Below are positions 47,958-62,754 of a stretch of DNA of 64,000 nt, one piece after another; position 1 is the stretch's first letter; each line of letters begins with the position of its first letter. The notes beneath the pieces are model-generated. The model saw nothing but the letters and a program-made list of their open reading frames with translations, was not told where the DNA came from and did no database searches. The translations under genes were made by a program, and so were the position numbers. Origin of the DNA: Octopus bimaculoides (Eukaryota); the NCBI RefSeq assembly GCF_001194135.2, contig NC_068982.1, positions 171,649,379 to 171,713,378 on the forward strand, read 5' to 3'.

Positions 47958-50221
47958 NNNNNNNNNNNNNNNNNNNNNNNNNNNNNNNNNNNNNNNNNNN
48001 NNNNNNNNNNNNNNNNNNNNNNNNNNNNNNNNNNNNNNNNNNNNNNNNNNNNNNNNNNNNNNNNNNNNNNNNNNNNNNNNNNNNNNNNNNNNNNNNNNNN
48101 NNNNNNNNNNNNNNNNNNNNNNNNNNNNNNNNNNNNNNNNNNNNNNNNNNNNNNNNNNNNNNNNNNNNNNNNNNNNNNNNNNNNNNNNNNNNNNNNNNNN
48201 NNNNNNNNNNNNNNNNNNNNNNNNNNNNNNNNNNNNNNNNNNNNNNNNNNNNNNNNNNNNNNNNNNNNNNNNNNNNNNNNNNNNNNNNNNNNNNNNNNNN
48301 NNNNNNNNNNNNNNNNNNNNNNNNNNNNNNNNNNNNNNNNNNNNNNNNNNNNNNNNNNNNNNNNNNNNNNNNNNNNNNNNNNNNNNNNNNNNNNNNNNNN
48401 NNNNNNNNNNNNNNNNNNNNNNNNNNNNNNNNNNNNNNNNNNNNNNNNNNNNNNNNNNNNNNNNNNNNNNNNNNNNNNNNNNNNNNNNNNNNNNNNNNNN
48501 NNNNNNNNNNNNNNNNNNNNNNNNNNNNNNNNNNNNNNNNNNNNNNNNNNNNNNNNNNNNNNNNNNNNNNNNNNNNNNNNNNNNNNNNNNNNNNNNNNNN
48601 NNNNNNNNNNNNNNNNNNNNNNNNNNNNNNNNNNNNNNNNNNNNNNNNNNNNNNNNNNNNNNNNNNNNNNNNNNNNNNNNNNNNNNNNNNNNNNNNNNNN
48701 NNNNNNNNNNNNNNNNNNNNNNNNNNNNNNNNNNNNNNNNNNNNNNNNNNNNNNNNNNNNNNNNNNNNNNNNNNNNNNNNNNNNNNNNNNNNNNNNNNNN
48801 NNNNNNNNNNNNNNNNNNNNNNNNNNNNNNNNNNNNNNNNNNNNNNNNTATATAAGTATATGTAAGTATATATGAATGTTAATTGAAATGTATGATATAC
48901 TTTTTTGTAATAAGAATACAATTTCTACCCTTTCAGCGAAGAAAAAAGCAAGTACACCACAAATTTTATCTCTAGGATCAATCTGATCAATTTGTCGTTT
49001 ACTTATAACTTCGTAAGGGAAGGTAACCCACCTACGGTCGCTACGGTCGTTACGGTCGACGAACAGATCAGCAGATTATAGTTATATTTAGTGTATATAT
49101 ATTATGTGGGACTCAGCTAAACTCTTAAGCCTCGTTTTGAAAAGTAAGCAGGGAGACAAATTCGCTGATGTAGCCATTTATTTAGTTTTTCATGACGAGT
49201 CTAGAATTCAATGTTCGTTAAAATGTATATATTTCACATTTCAAATATGCCTAAACGACAGTGCTGCTTTTATTAATCCACATGTTCGCACCTATTCCAA
49301 TAAGACTCGCCAGTTTAGCTGAGTCATACTTTGTATACACTATGAATAGCGCTAAGCTACTAATATCTCTGTGGACAAAAGATGAGTTTTCTTTCCATGA
49401 TAAAGGAATAAGGAGACTAGAAACTAGTCGAACTGATCTTAGAATTGCTTCTCACAGAGAGATAAAACTTGCGCTGCAACCACTTTTTTTAGTCTTCACA
49501 CCGGCTAAAATTCTATACTTATTAAAAATGCAGAATACCTTGTACTTTATAGCATGTGGTCTATATTAATGTGGAAGGAGTGTGTATGCATGTATGTATG
49601 TGTGTGAATGGGGAGTTTATGAGTAATGTTATACATTTCAGTAGTCTAGACAGCACAATCAAAAACCATCGGACACTTAAATAAATATGAAATATTAATG
49701 TGGAAAGTGAAATTTTTATGCATGAGTTCACTGTTTATAATCATTCCAGCCATAGTAAATTTTGTAGGAACAGACGAAACTAGATGTCGTTTTTCTCTAA
49801 ACAGATCAAACGAAATAAGCTACAAATCTTAAATAAACAAGCAGCGTACATTTACAATTTCCTTCGTAGTAAAATAAGCATTAACGATAAACATTTGAAA
49901 TAAGCCAACATCTCAAATATTCTATTGATATAATGTAATATGTATAATACTGTAACATCTCGATATACATACATACATATANNNNNNNNNNATATATATA
50001 AAGGACTTAGTTAAAAGAGTGCTCAATACTGCGAAAATAGATTCTCAATGAGATAAAATATATGTACATTGATACATTCAAATACACTTTGGAATATTGC
50101 AACAATAAAATAAAATGTTATATGATAATTGGTTTATAATCTTTATATATCGAAACATTACATGATATAAATATTATACATACCCATGTATGTGCGCGCG
50201 TGCACGTGTGTGTAAATGTAA

Positions 50222-50330
50222 GGCACAGGCACGGCTGGGTGGAAAGAAGTTACTTTCCAATCACATAATTCCGGGTTCAATCCCACTGCACAGCACCTCG
50301 AGCAAGTGTCTTCTAATATAACCTCGGGTT
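50222..50330 (+). mobile_element. Family B SINE 5' fragment
   Basis: GGCACAGGCACGGCTGGGTGGAAAGAAG...CCGGGTTCAATCCCACTGCACAGCACCTCGAGCAAGTGTCTTCTA. Confidence 0.75.
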
Positions 50331-50879
50331 TTTAAATAAAAGAACATAAAAATAAATATTTTCTTCAAACTTTTAATTAATATTTCAGAAAATATTCAAG
50401 CTGTAGATATTTCAAAAGACAATCAAACTCGGCTTACCGCTGATGCTTGGAAACGAGTAATTCTGAGTGATATATATTGAAACTTGCAGTTGTAAAGTTT
50501 TGAAGAATATCTACATTCGTAGTTTCGTAATTAATTGCTTCTGGTGAATCAACAGAGATTTACACTCACGCACAGACACACACACACACACATATTCATA
50601 CACACACGCACTCAGTGAGAAAGTGAGAATTGTTTATAAAAATTGTGGTGCAATGACAAATCAAGAAACGAGACACATTAAAATAAACGTATGGATTATA
50701 TCTGCCTTTTATTCGAGAGTCTGTTTTCAGTAATATAGGCAGGACATGTCACCTATATTATGTATGAAGTTAAACACAATTCTGTTTCGAAAATTCCCGT
50801 TAACTCGACCAAAAATGAAATATGGTCGATCTGATAAGAAATTTCCGTCTACAATCTCATCCCTATATTTCAGTCATTT

Positions 50880-51102
50880 CATCGTCTTCATCATCATCAT
50901 CAACATCATCACCGTCGTCGTCATTGTCATCATCGTCGATGTCGTCGTTGCCATCATCAACGTCATCATCGTCATCAACATCGTCATCATCGTCATCATC
51001 ATCGTCATCATCATCATCATCATCATCATTATCATCATCATCGTCTTCGCTATCATCATTATTGTCATCATCATCGTCGTCATCATCATCACCATCGTCG
51101 TC
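50880..51102. repeat. (CAT/CGT)n trinucleotide array
   Basis: Direct reading of the sequence. Confidence 0.95.
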
Positions 51103-51872
51103 NNNNNNNNNNNNNNNNNNNNNNNNNNNNNNNNNNNNNNNNNNNNNNNNNNNNNNNNNNNNNNNNNNNNNNNNNNNNNNNNNNNNNNNNNNNNNNNNNN
51201 NNNNNNNNNNNNNNNNNNNNNNNNNNNNNNNNNNNNNNNNNNNNNNNNNNNNNNNNNNNNNNNNNNNNNNNNNNNNNNNNNNNNNNNNNNNNNNNNNNNN
51301 NNNNNNNNNNNNNNNNNNNNNNNNNNNNNNNNNNNNNNNNNNNNNNNNNNNNNNNNNNNNNNNNNNNNNNNNNNNNNNNNNNNNNNNNNNNNNNNNNNNN
51401 NNNNNNNNNNNNNNNNNNNNNNNNNNNNNNNNNNNNNNNNNNNNNNNNNNNNNNNNNNNNNNNNNNNNNNNNNNNNNNNNNNNNNNNNNNNNNNNNNNNN
51501 NNNNNNNNNNNNNNNNNNNNNNNNNNNNNNNNNNNNNNNNNNNNNNNNNNNNNNNNNNNNNNNNNNNNNNNNNNNNNNNNNNNNNNNNNNNNNNNNNNNN
51601 NNNNNNNNNNNNNNNNNNNNNNNNNNNNNNNNNNNNNNNNNNNNNNNNNNNNNNNNNNNNNNNNNNNNNNNNNNNNNNNNNNNNNNNNNNNNNNNNNNNN
51701 NNNNNNNNNNNNNNNNNNNNNNNNNNNNNNNNNNNNNNNNNNNNNNNNNNNNNNNNNNNNNNNNNNNNNNNNNNNNNNNNNNNNNNNNNNNNNNNNNNNN
51801 NNNNNNNNNNNNNNNNNNNNNNNNNNNNNNNNNNNNNNNNNNNNNNNNNNNNNNNNNNNNNNNNNNNNNNNN

Positions 51873-51937
<65 letters not shown>

Positions 51938-52308
51938 TTTTACTTACGCATACACACACACAAACATATTTATATGCATACATATATAAATATATACACA
52001 AATTATGCATACATGTACACATATACACAAATGTATATTCACACACAAACATGCATGCATATATATGTATGTATGTGTATATGTGCACGTAATTTACACA
52101 CACATACACACACACATATATAGATACACACACACACACACACACAGAATACACAGAAATTTTATATCTCCTTATCCAAAGAAAGTTAAAACATGACAAT
52201 TCACAATCATCCGTGCATCCAATCATAACAACCCGTATTTCTTTTTGATTATGCATCCGATGGAGATTGATATATTAGAAAAATATTCACTCCAATGCAC
52301 ACACACAC

Positions 52309-52344
<36 letters not shown>

Positions 52345-52569
52345 NNNNNNNNNNNNNNNNNNNNNNNNNNNNNNNNNNNNNNNNNNNNNNNNNNNNNNNN
52401 NNNNNNNNNNNNNNNNNNNNNNNNNNNNNNNNNNNNNNNNNNNNNNNNNNNNNNNNNNNNNNNNNNNNNNNNNNNNNNNNNNNNNNNNNNNNNNNNNNNN
52501 NNNNNNNNNNNNNNNNNNNNNNNNNNNNNNNNNNNNNNNNNNNNNNNNNNNNNNNNNNNNNNNNNNNNN

Positions 52570-52623
<54 letters not shown>

Positions 52624-55600
52624 GTGTAGTTTATACTATATAGAAAGAGTGCCAGTAAATTGCCAAGGAGACGAGATAATCCAATGTTTCGTACAGTCAT
52701 TCTTAAAGGTTAATGTGACAAGTGGAGAAACAAACGAAATGCAGTAGAGGTTTAAATCACTCATGATTAAGCGACTGGTTGCATTTGAGGGGAAATGCAA
52801 ATCAACGCGGGCTTACATACCCAGAAAAGAAGTAGCAGAAGAGGAAATCTCTGTGAGAGATGACGAAAAGAGGAAAATACGAGAGTAAGCACGGGATGGA
52901 GTGAAAAGTTTAAGTATTTGGGGTGAAATGAAGGCTAAAACTGGCATTATTAAATTCAAGACAGAGAAACGTTCATTCAACTCGAGGTTCCATGGTTCTA
53001 AGAACCAAGTATATTAAACTGTATTCTTTTCGTTTTCTTGATTCCGAGAATCCATGGTGTGCAAACAGATAATTAGGTAATAAACTCTCCTGTTGGGTGG
53101 AAGTGGTTACCGTCACAGCCAAGCATGCAGCTAGTCTGCTTCGAATATTTTCGCAAAAGTGATTGGGAAGTCAATCACCCGTTTTCCTTGAGTAACGTGC
53201 ACTACAAGGTTTTCAAATGATTTAAAATGTGCAGCAAAGACTTTCGGGTGATCAGGTACTGTTACTTAGTTCTTGTGATTGTTGTGGTGTTGTTGATATG
53301 GGAAAATGTGTTTCATCGTCTTTGAGCGCGGTTAAAAAGTGCTAGATTTTTTTATAGCTATATGCTATGGAGCTTCTATCTATTTGTCGGGTTTTCTCTC
53401 TTTTTTTGAAGACGAGAAGACTTGATGCGAGAAAGGATAAAGCGGTCGTAAGGTTGTGGAATAAGATTCGGAATTCGGGGATCTCTGTAGGTCTCAGTGA
53501 GATGATTGGTATATATATTTGTGTGTATACATACAGAAGTATACACACACATCCACATAATGTATATTTCCTATAAGGTACGAGGTGAGAAACATTTTAA
53601 GTGGCTACTTCATTTAAAAATTCGTAGTAACTATGCTTCATTTAATCATACGCACATTTAATCAAACACATACACACACGCACACACACATACACACATA
53701 CACACAAACACGCGAACCCAGGATAAAGCAGAATCCAATGAAGAAAACGGTACAAAACGACAAAACGACAGAGAGAAATAAAGAAACTGAGAAAAGGTGT
53801 GCGTGCGCGTGCGCGTGCGCGTTTGTGTGAATATTCATTTAAGCAGAATACACACACGCATTTACGCATACGCTCACGCGTATAAAAAAGTTAGATATGC
53901 AATCATAGGGAAAATTATGGCCAGAATTGACATTCTGTAATTTTGTGAGGTCAATGTTGCATTTGTCTTAGTGTCATATTGTTCGATCTGTTATAGTCTT
54001 CCTTGTTTTTAATCTCTTTTCCTGCACCTTATTTTTGCTGTTACGTTGTCTAAATAACTCTTTATTCAATTCTTAAAATACCCTTTTGTTGTTATTAATA
54101 ATGATTTTGTTTCTAACTGTTTCTTTCTTGTTATGTTTATTATATTGTCTTATTGTTATTGCCAGTTGATTGCTGCTGTTTTTGCTGATCTTTCTGTTAC
54201 TGTTGTTGTCATGTTACTTGATATCTTTGATTGCTTTATTGATATTCATACATTTTTTTGTTTCACTTTGAATGCTGTTCGTAACATACACTTGCTGGAT
54301 GTTTTCTTACGCTCATGTTATCTTGCTATTGTGGCTGTTGTGGTTGTTGTTGTTGTTGTGGTTGTTGTTGTAGTTATTCTTGTTCTTATTTGAACTGTTG
54401 TATTATTCTTATCCATGTATTTGACCTATGCCATTATTGTTGTGTAATCCCTGTTGCTCTTATCGTTCAGCTTTCTATTGTTGTGGTTATTTTATAGCGC
54501 TATGTTATTATTGATTTCCTAGATGCTCCCGTTTTCTATAATTGAGGTGGTTGTATATTTCCACATCAACTACGACTGAAATGTATCCTAGCCATGACCA
54601 TCCCGCTTTTTTCCAGTATGCAGGACTATATTATCCAACGTGTTTTTTCAAAGAGACTGAAAGTGACTTATTTGGTTGTTATTTCTTGCAGCATGTGCGA
54701 CCAGATAGAAACTGTCTCGATCGCCCTTTTTGTCGGTTTTATTTTACTTTATTTATTTAGATTTCATTACGGTCGAAATTTAAAGCCGACCCAGATCGGC
54801 TTCGCGAGTTATTGTTCTCTGTTTATGAAATAAATAGAGCACTAAATGTAAACGAATAACCTATCGCCCTGTCCAGAAATATACACCGGCTACAAGTCCT
54901 TAAATGCTTCTCATTAGTGTAGTTTCTATTCTTACAAAGGCTGTTGCCATAATTTTCTAGCTTATTTTGTTCATTTTTTTCTACAATTGTTATCGTCTAG
55001 GTGTATGATGATTTTAGTGGAATATTAAGGTTGTGATATGCCTCTACCTCTGCGTTTTTCCATGTGGAAATAAACTAATAAACAAACTAATCATATATAA
55101 ATAACCGGTTTATTTGTGTATCTACAAATGTTCCTTATATACGTATGTAGAAAAATTCGAAATGGTATAATCTGCATATACAAATTGTAAATGGAGTCTA
55201 ATAGAAATTTATGTTTCGTCTTGCTAGATGCCTACCTATTTGATTCACAATGTTAACTACAATAAATAAATATTTTAAAACTATAATAATGGTAGATACA
55301 AGAAGAGACACACATGTATAATATTAAACATACACAAGAATGTATACACACAAAGGTCCATACACACATTCCAGTCACAAATTATAACAAATACACGAAT
55401 AGGAAATCTAGCAAACATTTAAGTGTTACATTATATTGGAAAAAATGGACAAAGTAATGGAATATTTTTAACCACACATTCGTTCACACACCCACTCACT
55501 CATAAACACAATACACACAGATATGTATCTGCATGTGGTTGTGTGCGTGTGTGCGTGTGCGCGTTCCTGTAATTATGCGCCACAAAATATTAGAAAGTTT

Positions 55601-58174
55601 AAAGTATAATGGCGAAATGTTAAAGTCAATCAAACATATCAGTGAATAAAAAATAATTATTCTCAATATGTTTAAACTCATATACAGGTACGTACACATA
55701 TAAACACATGTACAATTATTCGTACAATGTATATGTAAAGCCAAAAACGTAAAAAAAATAAACTGGAAAATTAGAAAATAGGCGCATGAAATATGGCGGC
55801 GAATCAAAATGGACGGTAAACAAAAATGGATGGAAAAACAATATGGAGCCACGAAGCGGGGAAGAGAATTTCATTGCAGATAATAAATATGATTTGTTTA
55901 AATCAAAAATCCCGGCTAGTTGATACTCGACTTGGCAGAACATGAGGTTCTCCATAAGGAATAAATTGAAAATATCCATTAATACATCTGTTAACTAACA
56001 ACGAAAAGAAAGAAAATCATATTGGAAATGGCCCTCAGGTTTGAGAAATTAGCTTTGAAATTAAGGGAAATTTTTCCAGTATTTTATTTGCTTATATTTT
56101 AGTTTATGAATTTAGTTTTCTTGTTGCTTTGTTCTCTCGATTCCTTCATTTAATCGTGTATATATTTGTTGTTTATTTTCCTCAGATTAGAGTTGTTTTA
56201 AAAGATTACAATATTTGTATTTAAAAAAATATATCTGCGATTTTTATCTTTTTTATCCTATTTTCTTTGCTTTTGCAATCATATGTAATATTCTTATTTA
56301 ACATTTGAGTTGTTTTAGTGAAAAACCACGGCAGCAGAAAATAACCACTTAAATAATCCGTATATAACAATTTGTAAATTTATGACAACCACACCCATGC
56401 CAGTGTTGAAACAAAAAGTTCTCAAGATATCAATGAAGCAAGCACACAATTTTATGTTTTTTTTTTTTATTTTCAATTTTATTAACTTAGGGTTGGGGTG
56501 AAATTTCAGATGTATTTCATTGGATATTTTCATGGATTAAAATTCTAAGTGAGGCAGACAAAAAGTATATTAATTGAATTCTTACAGGAGATCCAATTTA
56601 AATTTCTGATTCTAACTAGTCATTGATTTTAGCTTAGGAAAACATTTATTTTAATCGATTGAAATTTCAGTTACGAAAGCAAAATTAAATACAAACACAT
56701 TAAAAAAATAAGTTAAACTACTATGAAATTCCAGAAGAACACTATCAACTGTAACCAAGAGCGAAATAAGCGACATTAACAGTAGGTTCAAATGAAAAGA
56801 CCACATATCAAAATTGACACACGTGTTGAAAAGTAAACAACGGAATAAAGCAGCTGTTGAAGTAGAAAAGTGGAATATAATATTCTTCCATCTGGGGTCG
56901 ATAATATTAGTTTAAGTCAAGTATGCTGATCGATATAATCGACTGTACCCACTCCTATATGTTTGGTTGAGTATCTCTGTTAGAAAGCAATATTTATAGC
57001 TCTTTCATTTAATAACGAAAACCAGTGATTTTTCATATTGGCAAGATGCCCAAATATTTTCAGTTAAGAGTAGTGAAATCGATTGAATATACCACAGTAT
57101 ATGATTAATGTTTATTTTATGCACATGAAGACCTTAAAAAACACAGTCAACCAAACTACAGGGTTGAACTCATTGCCGCCTGGAGAAACGAAACAAAATA
57201 TAACTAAACATTTAGCCTTATGGTTCTTTGTTTCTTTTTTCTTTTCTGTTTTTTGGGGGGGGCAGGGGGGTCACATTCCACTTACGTCATCTGCACAGGA
57301 TGGATACAGTTAATGATATGTAGACGATATATTTTTATGGCCTGAGTCAGTCATGGCCGAAACCTATCTACGTACCTAAGTATCAACATAGCTTTGTGTG
57401 ATACACCAAAGACACTGATTTACTAACTGATAATTGTTATTCAGTTAGAAACCGACAACCACAAGAAAAAATATATAAAAATTAAAGCAAAAAAAAATAG
57501 AATTAATCACTTAGTGACCAGATAATCATTTGAGACGACATAATTAATATTTCACTTCTACAAAATTCAAGGATATTAAAAAAACATATATACACACCAT
57601 TTTCCCTTTTCCACAAAGAATTCTTGATCTTAGCTTTTACTAATGACCAGTAATATCTGGCTATGTTCCAGAAAAATAAGTATAAATATGAGAAAAGAAA
57701 AATTACAAGAGAAAAATAATTATGTGTGAGGCTTCTTACATTGTTACTCTAAGGATAGCACTCCATATATTAATGGGTGGAACATAAATAAGTTCTCTGC
57801 TACATCCGGTGGTAGGACACTCTGATTTAGCTATTGACCTTTTACAACTCTAATAAGAAGAATGAGACAAATAGACACTAACCATATTAAGGAACACACA
57901 CGCATATACGTTCACGCTCCCGCACGTAAATATACACACACATACGTGTATGTAAGTATAGATGCACACACACATACATAAATATATATTAAAATATATT
58001 ATATATTATGATACTTTTTAGGCATAGCAATACCCATTTAGAANNNNNNNNNNATACTACTGCGAAATCAAAACAACTGTATTTCACATAGTTAACCCAA
58101 TATTTTGTTGTTTTTACAATATGAAGGAACGAATTTACATCTCCCTGTATCTACGTTGTTTTCATATTTTTACT

Positions 58175-58530
58175 GCGATGGGTATATACTTTGTGTGCGG
58201 ATATCAGCTCCCTAACATCAGTCTGAAAAACACTAAAACGAAGTCTTACATCCCCGCGTTCAATAATTTTCAGACTAGTTTTACTTAGCTTAGAAAACAG
58301 ATGTACTGAAGCCCCGCTCTACTGAATATGACGTTGGGAAGACAATAAAGAACATCTTGACTTTGTTTTGCAGTGCATGGTAGCAGTCAGAAATGTCCTT
58401 TCATAGTAAAAAATCCTGATATATTTTTTTCAACTTTGGTGGCCTCAGTTCAATATCATTTTATAGTGGAACCAGTTCATCCTCCGTTACTCTTGTTTAT
58501 CTAAGAATCACCCAGACTGGTATTTATTGC
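58175..58530 (-). mobile_element. hAT-superfamily (Buster/Charlie/ZBED8-like) transposase C-terminal fragment, decayed
   Basis: Frameshifted translation EDELVPL*NDIELRP..KVKMFFIVFPTSYSVERGFS..SLKIIERGDVRLRFSVFQTDVRELISAH matches the hAT dimerisation-domain motif FPTSYxxERGFS. Confidence 0.8.
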
Positions 58531-59526
58531 AAGATAAAATATCCTTGATGTCTGTCAGACATGTCTCTTTGCTTGACAAAGATGACTCATCTAACTGTGA
58601 GCTAAATTTGGTTGCTCTGTATATGTTGCACAATATATATTTTAAATGTTATATCATTCCACATTTTGAAACATATGTAGTACGCATTTAAAAAAAATCT
58701 ATTTTGAATTTCCACCACTTTATTCAAGATTAAAATTAATAAAAGCGATAAATTCTGATTTATGCATAATTTTTCTAAAAACAATTTTCTGTAGAAATAC
58801 AAATTACAAATATTTCAAAATGTAGATTACTACATGGCAAAAAACAGCAAAAAAGAAAAATGGGCTGTGTGGTTTCTGCTCCAAAAGCACAATGAGGTGG
58901 GGTGGGTAGACGCTTGAAAAATATGGATTAAAAAGTTTTATTTTGGAGTTTGAAGAAAATCCCCTCGTGATGTATTTTGAAATGTGGGATACTTCTGAAA
59001 TGTGGAAAAATACCGAAGCAAAATCCAAGAAATTCCAATTTATGCAAGAGACGTATTCGGAAATTTCGTCATCCACCAAATATATAATTTAATGCTTTTT
59101 TAAAACAAAGGGGGAAAAAACGTAATGATAAGAGTTTCTAAAGATAGAAATTTGAAGAAGTAGTCAAAAACACGTAAAATTAACATTATGTACTTGATAC
59201 CAATAATGCATTAATTCTAAAAAAATCATCATACTAATTTATAATCATAACTGTTATTTTACTCACTGTATGAGTCTATTGGGTCAGACCTATTTTTAAA
59301 GCAATATACGTAGACAAATTCTAAAGTTTGTCCGACACTGAAACATTACAAAATTTATATAACTTTTGTAAACCAATCTTTACCAGTTATGAGAGATAAG
59401 AATCTCTTACCTTTGCCATAAAAATACAAACACAAGGGATACATCGAAATTAACATTGTTAATAATTTATATAATGAAAGTAATGTTTCCCTCTCTCTTT
59501 CTCTACCTCTCTCTCTCTCTCTCTCT

Positions 59527-59736
59527 CTTACTATATTGCCGCGGCATCTCTTATATTCTTTCTGGGCTAGTGGCGTAGATTGGCTGGTAATATGCCATAC
59601 GGTTTCACCATTTTGTCCACGAATTCAGCCCTTATCACTTTCTGAAGTGTTGTCTATTCTGTATTTTATGTAGTTTGTTCTTAGTGCTTGCTCTTGGGCA
59701 GCACAGATTAGAGCCTCCGTTTCCGATTTTAAATCA
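59527..59736 (-). mobile_element. R4/Dong-type LINE fragment (RT C-terminal zinc-finger region)
   Basis: DLKSETEALICAAQEQALRTNYIKYRIDNTSESDKG*IRGQNGETVWHITSQSTPLAQKEYKRCRGNIVR, with a typical ETExLxxAAQEQALRT motif and a decayed CRxC..H..C..RHD. Confidence 0.85.
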
Positions 59737-61219
59737 CATTTATTCATATATAATTTCAGTGATCTTATTAATATTGATTTCTAAATTATGGAAGCTGGTC
59801 TAGTTATTCTGACAAGAAGAAGCACTAGCAAAAATTCCAAGACAACTTTAATGAAATTACGTGTGTATGCACGTGTTTGTTTACACGAACACATACATGC
59901 AGACACAAAAAATTACACAAAACCACAAACCACAACAAATAACTAAAAACAGATAAAGTGGAAAATATTTAATGCTACATACTCTCACAGAACATCTGAA
60001 CCCCAAATACTGCAAATACATAAGTAACATTTGGTCGAGGAGAAAGCCTTTATGTCATCATCCTTCGACAAAGTAGCGCTATCTCCCTCTTATCACAACT
60101 TAATTTTCGGTTGCTTTACATCTGTGAGATAATCACCCTGAAATCACATATAAATGTTATCAGTGAGTTTTTAAATATGGAGCATCAAGAGACACCATTT
60201 ACACAGTATCTGACACTGCCGGGGGAGGTAGTCGAGTCTCCCTCAAATTACTAAACTACTGTCTTTGAAGTTGCTTTGAAAATATGGTCATATATTCCTT
60301 GTACAAATGAAAAATACAAAATAATCACGACAGGAATTACTTTTGTCTTAGTTTTATCCCATTAAAGTAGAACCATTTCACTTACTTTCTCTACTTCATC
60401 CTCATATATAAAATCCGATGGATGCGAATGCGCTTTGTTTAAGATAGCACGTTCGCACTTGTTTATCAGCATATGTGTGTGTGAATATATGCATATACAG
60501 TGCATTTCAATATATTTTCTAAGTACTGCATGCATCCACGTTTTACTCGACTATCCCTATTCAAATACATGCAAGGTGGGTGAAATACACTCGTCCATAC
60601 GAATTTAAGCACACGTAAATACACAAAAAGTTATACACACAGACACAGAAACATACACTCGCATTGATACAAATATATTTGTAAATATAGACATGCATAT
60701 GCATAAGATATCTACGTATGTGCATATATGCATTTGCATAAATATATATGTTTATGCATGCATATATGTATGTATATGTATGTATATATGTATTTATATA
60801 TGTGTGTGTGTGTATGTATGAACGTATATGTATGTGAATGCGTGTGTGTATATATATTTATTTATTTATATGTATGTATGTGTATGTATGTATGTATGTA
60901 TATATACATACACATTCAGGCATACATACATACATACATACATGCACGCACAGGTAGATACATATTTCCTGCATTAGCAATGCAAATACTGCTGTAACAT
61001 GCACCTTGCACTGCAATCTCAACAAGCTAATAAATGTGCAGTATTTGTGAGGTATAAAGCTACAACTTAACACATGAAAGGCAATGTGCAAGGTCTGATA
61101 GTGCATATTATAAGGCAAACACGTCGAGTACACATCAAACAAATTTAATATTCATTGGTGGCAACAAGTGCAAGATATATAACAATGAGAGGTTTCACAT
61201 TGTGGTTGTTATTGCTGTT

Positions 61220-61773
61220 AGTGATAATGATGATGCTGATGATGTTCATAGTATTGTTAGAGATAATGATAGCGGTGATGGTGATGGTGATGGTGATGGT
61301 TGTGCGATAGAGCTTTTGGTTGCTTTCGCGGTATTAATTTAGGGGTTGACGCTCATTGCTGTGATTCTTATCGTGGCAGCAGTGGCTGCGGTTGCAGTTT
61401 TGGTCTCTTGCGGTAGTGGTCACATTGACACAGGAAATATTCGTGGAGGCATCGGTGGTGATGGTGTGAGCGGTTGTGAATGAGGAGAATGTGGTTGTGT
61501 CGGTGTTGGTAGTGGTGTTAGTGTTGGTGGTATTGGTGGTGGTGGTAGTGGTGGTACTGGAGGGGTTTACCATGGTGCGGTGATACTGATGGGGTTGTTG
61601 TTGCAGTTGTTGCTTTTGGCGGTGCTGTCGGTTATGGCAGGGGTGTAGCGCTAGTGGTGGTGGTGCTGCTGGAGTCCCTATAATGGATACTAATGCTGGT
61701 TATGTTGTAGCTGTCGAGGCTGTTAGCGCTACGCAAGGGAATAATGTAAGCAATGACTGTTTGAGTAGTAGTT

Positions 61774-61807
<34 letters not shown>

Positions 61808-61834
61808 CAGTAGCAGCAGCAGCAACAGTAGTAA

Positions 61835-61889
<55 letters not shown>
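61220..61889. repeat. Degenerate trinucleotide array (GGT/GAT/GCA/AGT)n
   Basis: Direct reading of the sequence. Confidence 0.9.
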
Positions 61890-62740
61890 TTTCCGTCAAG
61901 TATGAAATTTGTAGAAAAGATAAAGTTAGTTAATATTTTATAAATACAAGGAACAGTTTTATTCATCAAAGTATGCACCCATATTGTCAAAACTTTTGCC
62001 ATTTCAGCAGTAGTTTGTTCAACCTGGAACTGTAAAAGCCTGACAATGTAGAGTCAATAAAATCTTGGAAGGCCTGTTTTACAGTATCGTCGGAATTAAA
62101 TTTTTATACTATTAAAAAGTTATGCAAATTCTGGAAGAAGTGGTAGTCAGTGGGGACAATATCAGGTGAGTATGGTGGATGACAGAGAACTTCTAACTTC
62201 AACTCCTGTAGTTTCGCCAATGTCATTTTTGCGATGTGTGGTCTGGTGTTGTCTTGCAATAAAATAGAAGTGGATCTGTTGACTAATCTAGATTGTTTTT
62301 AGTATGTTTTTGCACTATTTGGTCCAGTTGGCTGCAGTATACTTCGACCGTGATTGATTAGTCAGGTTTAAAGAAATCATAATGGATCACACCTGCACCA
62401 GACCACCAAACACAAACCATCAGCTTCTTTTAAGGAATTTTGCTTTTGGGGCTGTGTTTTGTTGGCTCGTCTTTGTTCAACCATTGTACTGAACGTTTAC
62501 GGTTGTTGCATTGGATCCATTTCTCATCACATGTTACAATTCGATTAAAAAAGGATTCATTTTTGTGACGAGAAAGTAGCATAATACAGGCTTCTAGACG
62601 TTGCTGTTTCTGATTTTCATTGAGTTCATGTGGAACTTACTTATCCAACTTTTTCACTTTACCGATTTGAACTAGGTGAGTCAATATTGTTTGCTTGCTA
62701 ACACCAAACAACAACGATAATTCACGGGCACTTTGAGATG
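61890..62740 (-). mobile_element. Mariner (Tc1/mariner, DD34D-type) transposase remnant
   Basis: RELSLLFGVSKQTILTHLVQIGKVKKLDK*VPHELNENQKQQRLEAC..RIVTCDEKWI..KLMVCVWWSGAGVIHYDFFK..LQDNTRPH..LCHPPYSPDIVPTDYHFFQNL. It shows the (W)VPHEL, TCDEKW and YSPD motifs, with several stops and shifts. Confidence 0.92.
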
Positions 62741-62754
62741 GATCTGACTCGACG

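Noticed and set aside
2796-52747. Long ORFs in the supplied track that span N-gaps (e.g. 11752-12813, 47790-48875, 50746-52256)
   Set aside because: They are open only because Ns translate as X, and the flanks are microsatellites. The one exception with real coding content (19947-20775) is reported separately.
53412-53447. Candidate 36-nt plus-strand exon after a strong pyrimidine tract with a GTAAGG donor
   Set aside because: No recognisable peptide. Such signals arise by chance in 64 kb of AT-rich DNA.
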